In this document: one piece after another, positions 58,701 to 64,000 of the stretch
How positions within the stretch are numbered: position 1 is the stretch's first letter
Layout: every line of letters begins with the position of its first letter
DNA from: Frisingicoccus sp.
GTDB taxonomy: Bacteria; Bacillota; Clostridia; Lachnospirales; Lachnospiraceae
Assembly (NCBI RefSeq): GCF_048388605.1
Contig: NZ_DBGCTU010000024.1
Coordinates: 6,939-70,938, forward strand
Direction: 5' to 3'
DNA length: 64,000 bases
Notes under the pieces: model-generated
What the model was told of the DNA's origin: nothing
The model's database searches: none
Seen by the model: the letters and a program-made list of their open reading frames with translations, nothing else
Position numbers and translations under genes: made by a program

Positions 58701-59561
58701 GTTACTCTGGATTTCAGGAAAAGCGGAAAAACCGTAAAGAGCGGTCCGATTGAAGAGTTGGTGGGATTGAACGCTTTGGTTGCAGATGATGACGCCGATG
58801 TATGTATGCATATCTGTGATATGCTGATCGAGATCGGTATGAGAACAGAATGGACGACATTGGGCAAAGAGGCAGTGCTGAAAGCGGAATTTGCAGTAAA
58901 GAATAATAATGAGTACAGCGCCTATATTATTGATTGGTTGATGCCGGACATGAATGGAATCGAAGTCGTTCGCCGAATCCGGCGTGTGATCGGGGAGAGT
59001 ACGCCGATCATCATACTGACGGCATATGATTGGGCTGAAATCGAAGATGAAGCAAGAGATGCGGGAGTCACCGATTTCTGTTCTAAGCCTTTGTTTATGT
59101 CAGAGCTTCGCGCAATTTTAAATAAACGTTTTGTGGAGGATACTGTTGATGCGGAACCGGAGGAGAAAACGGTTGATTTCGAGGGAAGGACGATTCTCCT
59201 TGTTGAAGATAATGAACTGAATCAGGAAATTGCCGTCGAGATTCTTAAAGAAGCAGGCTTTGTGATCGATGTGGCAAATGATGGTGATGTGGCGGTTGAT
59301 ATTATGAGTAAGGCGGTACCGGGACAGTATGATTTAATTCTTATGGATGTGCAGATGCCGACGATGGACGGTTATGAGGCGACAAAAGCAATCCGACAGC
59401 TCCCTGACCCGGAGATCGCCAACATTCCGATTCTTGCAATGACTGCAAATGCGTTTGATGAAGACAAGAAAAATGCCCTTGCGGCAGGTATGAATGGACA
59501 TATTGCTAAGCCGATTGAGATACCGGGATTGATGGAGATGCTGAGGGATATTTTGGCATAG
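55746..59561 (+). CDS. hybrid sensor histidine kinase with an extracytoplasmic Cache-like domain and two receiver domains
   Basis: Two TM helices bracket a region of about 270 aa that is presumably extracytoplasmic. H-box [27 protein letters not shown] and G2 box [13 protein letters not shown] are present. REC1 has [11 protein letters not shown] and REC2 has [13 protein letters not shown]. The start is at the ATG at 55746, after GGAGGGTG. Confidence 0.9.
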
Positions 59562-59593
59562 CTTTTATTTGCATGTAATATTGATGTATTTTT

Positions 59594-59630
59594 AAGCAGT
59601 TTTGCATTTGGTTGCAAGGCTGCTTTTTTC
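59594..59630 (+). terminator. intrinsic terminator after the kinase gene
   Basis: AAGCAGTTTTGCA / TGCAAGGCTGCTT stem followed by TTTTT. Confidence 0.7.
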
Positions 59631-59664
59631 ATCCAAATATTTATTTTAACATCTTCAAAATTAG

Positions 59665-59705
59665 TTGACACAGTCCATAAAATATAATATACTTGACTCA
59701 GTCAA
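59665..59705 (+). promoter_or_regulatory. promoter plus palindromic operator upstream of the EamA/MarR-GNAT genes
   Basis: TTGACA (59665-59670), a 17-nt spacer, then TATACT (59688-59693). The 13-bp palindrome TTGACTCAGTCAA (59693-59705) follows immediately. A half-site-like TTGACACAGTC overlaps the -35. Confidence 0.5.
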
Positions 59706-59808
59706 CAAATAATATGTGACAAGAATAGGACGGGTAAGAGAATCTCAGATTTTCATATGTAAATATCAGAAATTGAGAAACCCCGCGTGAGTTGGAGTGG
59801 CAATAACT

Positions 59809-60684
59809 ATGAAGAAAGAAATGAATGCGAAAGCGATGCTGAGTATTTCCATGGCTATTTTTGGAACGCTTGGAATATTTACGAGAAATATTGCTGTAAG
59901 TTCCGGGGAACTTGCTTTATATAGGGCTGTGCTGGCCGCTATGTTGATTGCTGTATATTTAGTAGGTACAAAGCAAAAAATTAACTTCAAAGCAATAAAA
60001 AAAGAATTGTTCCTTTTGCTGTTATCAGGAATTGCAATGGGGATCAACTGGATTCTGCTTTTTCAGGCATATAAATATACGACAATTTCCCTTGCAACAT
60101 TAAGTTATTATTTTGCGCCTGTGATAGTTACCGCTGTTTGCCCGGTTCTTTTCCATGAAAAGTTGACCAGAAAACAAATCGTTTGTTTTATCATGTCCAC
60201 AGTAGGACTTATAATGATTACCGGTATCGGAGATATTGGCGGGGGAAGTGACTATATTGGAATTCTATTCGGGCTGGGCGCAGCAGTATTTTATGCAGCA
60301 GTTATTTTATTGAACAAGTTCATTAAAAATGTTGAAGGGATTCACAGAACATTTTTGCAATTTCTTTCCGCTATTGTTATACTGGTTCCCTATGTTATAA
60401 TGACAAGTGGAGTAACATTAAGAAATTTAGACGGAATCGGATGGATAAATCTTTTGATTGTCGGCCTTGTTCATACGGGGATTACATATTGTATGTATTT
60501 TTCTTCTTTGAAGGAATTGCCGGGGCAAAAAGCGGCTATCCTCAGTTATATTGACCCGTTGGTTGCCGTGCTGATTTCCGTTATTATTTTGGGGGAATCG
60601 ATGACTATATGGCAGGCAATGGGCGGTATTTTGATTTTAGGATTTACGCTTTGGAATGAAATTTCACCTAAAGTTCAAAATTAA
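59809..60684 (+). CDS. EamA/DMT-family transporter
   Basis: A ten-TM-type hydrophobic ORF with duplicated EamA halves. The start is at the ATG at 59809. Confidence 0.8.
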   Translation: MKKEMNAKAMLSISMAIFGTLGIFTRNIAVSSGELALYRAVLAAMLIAVYLVGTKQKINFKAIKKELFLLLLSGIAMGINWILLFQAYKYTTISLATLSYYFAPVIVTAVCPVLFHEKLTRKQIVCFIMSTVGLIMITGIGDIGGGSDYIGILFGLGAAVFYAAVILLNKFIKNVEGIHRTFLQFLSAIVILVPYVIMTSGVTLRNLDGIGWINLLIVGLVHTGITYCMYFSSLKELPGQKAAILSYIDPLVAVLISVIILGESMTIWQAMGGILILGFTLWNEISPKVQN

Positions 60685-60694
60685 GGAGGAAATC

Positions 60695-61606
60695 ATGTTT
60701 TCTGCAGATCAAATAGCCGATATTCAGGGCTTTAATAAGGTTTATCAGAATTTAATGAAGCAGATCGATTCTGCCATTCTGGAAACCGGATATTCATTAA
60801 CAGAAAAGGATGTTTTGCTGGAAATCAGTAAAACAGAACGGTGTACGGCAAATATTTTGATACAGCAATTGAATATTGATCGCAGCTATATGAGTCGGAT
60901 GCTTGCTAAATTTGAAAAGCGCGGACTTATCGAAAAGACGCCGTCTCTGACGGACAGCCGTATTCGTTATATTCGTCTGACGGAATTGGGGCGAAAAGAA
61001 TTTAATCGGCTTAGTGATATTCAAAGTAATCATATCGGCGCAATTTTTAATAAACTGGATGAGGTTGATCAGCAAACAGTCTGGCAGGCGATGGTTATGA
61101 TTCGAAATAAATTAAGCGATGCAAATGACGTGATTACAATTCGTCCCTTTACCCAAAGTGACATCGAATATGTTATTTCGCGCCATAAGACATTGTACTA
61201 TGCTGAGAGGCATCTGAGCGGAACTTTTTTCGCATATGTGGATGAAATCGTATATCATTTCGTAGAAAAATATAACGCTCAAACCGATTGTCTGAAGATT
61301 CTTGAATGTAATGGTGTTCCTGCCGGCAGCATTGCGATTGCCAGGGTAGATGACTCAACGGCCCAGTTGCGCTTTTTTATGTTAGAACCTGAAATGCGGC
61401 AGCGCGGCTATGGAAATCGCCTGATGGCTATGGCGCTTGATTTCTGTCGTTCAAAAGGATATAAAAAAGTTTTCTTATTGACTATCACGGCCCAGGTTAT
61501 CGCCAGACATGTTTATGAAACACATGGCTTTCATAAGGTTTCTTCCAACGATAAATTTGAATGGGGCGAGGGTGTCGTTGAAGAATATTGGGAGCTGGAG
61601 CTTTAA
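60695..61606 (+). CDS. bifunctional MarR-type HTH regulator / GNAT N-acetyltransferase
   Basis: N-terminal MarR wHTH (LTEKDVLLEISKTERCTANILIQQLNIDRSYMSRMLAKFEKRGLIEK). C-terminal GNAT motif A (QRGYGNRLM). The start is at the ATG at 60695, after AAGGAGG. Confidence 0.8.
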   Translation: MFSADQIADIQGFNKVYQNLMKQIDSAILETGYSLTEKDVLLEISKTERCTANILIQQLNIDRSYMSRMLAKFEKRGLIEKTPSLTDSRIRYIRLTELGRKEFNRLSDIQSNHIGAIFNKLDEVDQQTVWQAMVMIRNKLSDANDVITIRPFTQSDIEYVISRHKTLYYAERHLSGTFFAYVDEIVYHFVEKYNAQTDCLKILECNGVPAGSIAIARVDDSTAQLRFFMLEPEMRQRGYGNRLMAMALDFCRSKGYKKVFLLTITAQVIARHVYETHGFHKVSSNDKFEWGEGVVEEYWELEL

Positions 61607-61695
61607 TTTTGGCAAGATTCCGTTCATAAATATAATTTAAATATTAAGAAGGCGGTAAATCGGGGTTTTTTAATCGAAATGGAGAAAAATCAAAA

Positions 61696-62280
61696 ATGAA
61701 GAAGATAGTTGTTTTGCTCGGCAGCGGGCGTAGAAGGGGTAACACGGAGCAGCTTGTAGATGCTTTCATAAGAGGTGCGGAAGAAGCTGGTCATACTGTA
61801 AAAAAAATTAGCTTATATGAAACGGAAATTAACGGCTGTTTGGGGTGCAATGCTTGCCGTTTTGGAAAACCGTGTGTACAGAAGGATGATTTCAATTCTA
61901 TCGTTCCTGATCTGAAAGAATGTGATATGATTGTCTTCGCTTCACCACTGCTCTTTTGGACATTTTCTGCCAAAATCAAGGCAGTTATCGAAAGACTATA
62001 TGCCTTAGCGGAGGTAGACCCCAATCCTCCGTTGGGTCGTTACGAAAAAAACCTGCAGAAGGATTGTGCTCTGCTAATGACTTCTGCAGATGATTTGTTC
62101 TGGACATTTAATCAGGCTGTTTCTTATTATGAGTTCGCCATTATCAACTACATTGGAATGAGAGATAAGGGAAAATTGTTATGCGGTGGCTGTGGCGATA
62201 CCAGCGGAAAGCCACGCATCGGAGAAACAGAACATTTGCAGCGTGCCTATGAGTTTGGAAGGGGTATTTATCACGAATAA
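61696..62280 (+). CDS. flavodoxin-like fold NAD(P)H-dependent FMN reductase family protein
   Basis: MKKIVVLLGSGRRRGNTEQL is an FMN-binding P-loop-like N-terminus. A CLGCNAC...C cysteine cluster resembles that of iron-sulfur flavoproteins. Confidence 0.7.
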   Translation: MKKIVVLLGSGRRRGNTEQLVDAFIRGAEEAGHTVKKISLYETEINGCLGCNACRFGKPCVQKDDFNSIVPDLKECDMIVFASPLLFWTFSAKIKAVIERLYALAEVDPNPPLGRYEKNLQKDCALLMTSADDLFWTFNQAVSYYEFAIINYIGMRDKGKLLCGGCGDTSGKPRIGETEHLQRAYEFGRGIYHE

Positions 62281-62337
62281 CAAATTTCCGGCTTACTAAA
62301 AGGATTATCTTAAGATTTATTGGAAGGGTGATAGTTG

Positions 62338-63384
62338 ATGCCTCTAAAAATTCTTCGCAATGATATTACAAAAATGAGTGCGGACGCAATTGTAAATACG
62401 GCAAATGCTCATGCAACCGTAGGATCGGGATGCGATCATGCGATTTATCATGCAGCCGGCTATGATGAATTATTAAAATATCGAACAGAAAAGATTGGCT
62501 TTGTGCCGGAGGGCGACGCGTTTATTACTCCCGGATTTAAGTTAAACTGTAAATATATCATTCATGCAGTCAGTCCGTTTTTTATGGATGGAAAAAGCGA
62601 TGAGGAAGAAAAGCTTCGTTCCTGCTATAAGAAGTGCCTGCAGTTTGCCGTAAAGAAGGAAGTAAAATCCGTCGCATTTCCGCTGATCTCCACAGGCGGA
62701 TTCGGATATCCGAAGGAAGAGGGATTTCGTATTGCGGTTGATGAGATGAATGCATTTCTCATGAAGCACGATATGATGATTTATCTGGTTGTGTTTGACA
62801 ACAAGTCGGCGACTCTGGGCAGCCGCTTATTCCCGGATTTGGAATCTTATATTAATCAGAATTATGTGGATATAAAACAGCAGGAAGAATATTGCGGAAT
62901 GTCTGCCGCTGTTCTTCCATCAGAGGGTTATGCAGAGCGTAGACGGGCGGCGGCAAGATATGAAAGCTGTCCGGGGATGGCAAAAGAAGATTTTGATTTT
63001 TATGAGAAACATGAAAGTGCCCTGGAAGAAAGAATGAGACATATTTCAGATACATTTTCAGAGTATTTGATTTATCTCATCGATTCTCGCGGCATGAATT
63101 ATCCGGATGTCTATAAAAGGGCGCTTGTTGATAAAAAGGTGTTTTCAAAAATAAAAAATAATCCGGATGCGCATCCGAAGAAAATGACGGCTATGTGTCT
63201 CTGTGTCGGCGCAAAATTAAATATAGATCAAACCAGAGATCTGCTGGCCAGAGCGGGTTATGCCTTATCTCCGTGTGATAAGACAGATATTATTTTCTCC
63301 TACTTTATTGAAAATCATATCTATGACATGATTGAACTTGATATTCAATTAGAGGAGCATGGTTTACCGTGCTTAATTTCATAA
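62338..63384 (+). CDS. macro-domain (ADP-ribose-binding/hydrolase) protein with an uncharacterised C-terminal domain
   Basis: The N-terminal 170 aa or so carry ADAIVNTAN, HAAG and FPLISTGGFGYP macro motifs. The C-terminal 150 aa or so (YLIYLIDSRGMNYPDVYKRALVDKKVFSKIKNN...) are HTH-like. Confidence 0.8.
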   Translation: MPLKILRNDITKMSADAIVNTANAHATVGSGCDHAIYHAAGYDELLKYRTEKIGFVPEGDAFITPGFKLNCKYIIHAVSPFFMDGKSDEEEKLRSCYKKCLQFAVKKEVKSVAFPLISTGGFGYPKEEGFRIAVDEMNAFLMKHDMMIYLVVFDNKSATLGSRLFPDLESYINQNYVDIKQQEEYCGMSAAVLPSEGYAERRRAAARYESCPGMAKEDFDFYEKHESALEERMRHISDTFSEYLIYLIDSRGMNYPDVYKRALVDKKVFSKIKNNPDAHPKKMTAMCLCVGAKLNIDQTRDLLARAGYALSPCDKTDIIFSYFIENHIYDMIELDIQLEEHGLPCLIS

Positions 63385-63411
63385 CCATTCGGGCATCCCG
63401 TAATGGGTATA
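63383..63411 (+). repeat. palindromic repeat family, copy D (single hairpin module)
   Basis: AACCATTCGGGCATCCCGTAATGGGTAT matches the terminal hairpin module of copies B and C. Confidence 0.6.
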
Positions 63412-63420
63412 GGATTTTGA

Positions 63421-63449
63421 GGTCGTCCGCCGGGCGACCTTATTTTTTT
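63421..63449 (+). terminator. intrinsic terminator after the macro-domain gene
   Basis: GGTCGTCC-GCCG-GGCGACC stem with one bulge, followed by TTATTTTTTT. Confidence 0.55.
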
Positions 63450-63516
63450 ACAAATGGTGTATGATGACTTCAGAAACAGAGATGACAAATTAAAAAGATT
63501 GAGGAGGACATACATC

Positions 63517-64000
63517 ATGAAAAAAGGATTAACAGAGTTAGTATTTATTTTAGACAGAAGCGGCAGTATGAGCGGACTTGAAGCAGATACTATCGGAGGA
63601 TTCAATTCGCTGGTTCATAAGCAAAAAATGGAAGAGGGAGAGGCTTTGCTCTCGACTGTGTTATTCGATGACCGGGCGGAGGTTTTATATGATCGAGTGC
63701 CTTTGAACCGTATCGAACCGATGAATGATAAACAGTATTATGTTCGCGGCTGTACGGCACTTTTGGATGCCCTTGGCGGTGCGATTCATCATATTGGAAA
63801 TGTACATAAATATGCAAGGGAAGAAGATCGGCCGGAGAAAACAATTTTTATCATTACCACGGATGGTATGGAGAATGCCAGCCGCAGATATACTTACAAA
63901 AAGGTAAAGGCTATGGTTGAACATCAGAGAAATAAATATGGCTGGGAGTTTTTATTCTTAGGAGCCAATATGGATGCTATTGAAGTTGCCGGGAGATTTG
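63517..64000 (+). CDS. von Willebrand factor type A domain protein, N-terminal 161 codons (runs off the window)
   Basis: GAGGAGG RBS at 63501. The sequence MKKGLTELVFILDRSGSMSGLEADTIGGFN has a MIDAS DxSxS motif, followed by TALLDALG and IITTDGMEN. It is absent from the ORF track because it is open-ended. Confidence 0.8.
   Translation, partial: MKKGLTELVFILDRSGSMSGLEADTIGGFNSLVHKQKMEEGEALLSTVLFDDRAEVLYDRVPLNRIEPMNDKQYYVRGCTALLDALGGAIHHIGNVHKYAREEDRPEKTIFIITTDGMENASRRYTYKKVKAMVEHQRNKYGWEFLFLGANMDAIEVAGRF

Overview
This window looks like the replication-origin region of a low-GC Firmicutes chromosome, Clostridia or Lachnospiraceae-like by gene content. That taxonomic guess is inference. All calls come from reading the ORF translations and the DNA by eye, with no searches run.

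**Backbone, 1-29.9 kb.**
- A minus-strand nucleoside-salvage block runs from deoD to a DeoR regulator, followed by an antiporter and an MBL hydrolase.
- The canonical origin synteny follows. gyrA-gyrB-recF-yaaA-dnaN-dnaA lie on the minus strand, and rpmH-rnpA-yidD-yidC-jag-mnmE-mnmG-rsmG on the plus strand.
- oriC is bipartite. DnaA-box clusters flank dnaA, and the dnaA-dnaN spacer carries a DnaA-trio/GC-cluster/AT-rich unwinding module.
- Next come aroE, an alpha/beta hydrolase, argS, two perfect parS palindromes, parA-parB, a DUF4446-like gene and one further gene.

**Accessory region, from tRNA-Arg(CCT) at 29914-29987 to about 55.6 kb.** It is bounded by a 48-bp direct repeat.
- A low-GC, decayed defence mosaic holds truncated Abi_2 and integrase genes, a small ORF plus a SAMHD1-like HD dNTPase, AbiEi with a short AbiEii, two tRNA 3'-half-like att remnants and an IS fragment.
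- A distinctly higher-GC 18-kb operon-like cluster holds two SipW-type signal peptidases, three proteins with TasA/BsaA-type SipW signal peptides, an LPXTG-anchored paralogue and a 4,379-aa beta-helix-repeat giant protein. This cluster is my top candidate for an undescribed surface-fibre or adhesin assembly system.

**Downstream, 55.7-64.0 kb.** A hybrid histidine kinase with two receiver domains, an EamA transporter, a MarR-GNAT fusion, a flavodoxin-like reductase, a macro-domain protein and the start of a vWA protein.

A roughly 105-bp palindromic repeat family occurs four times in intergenic DNA.
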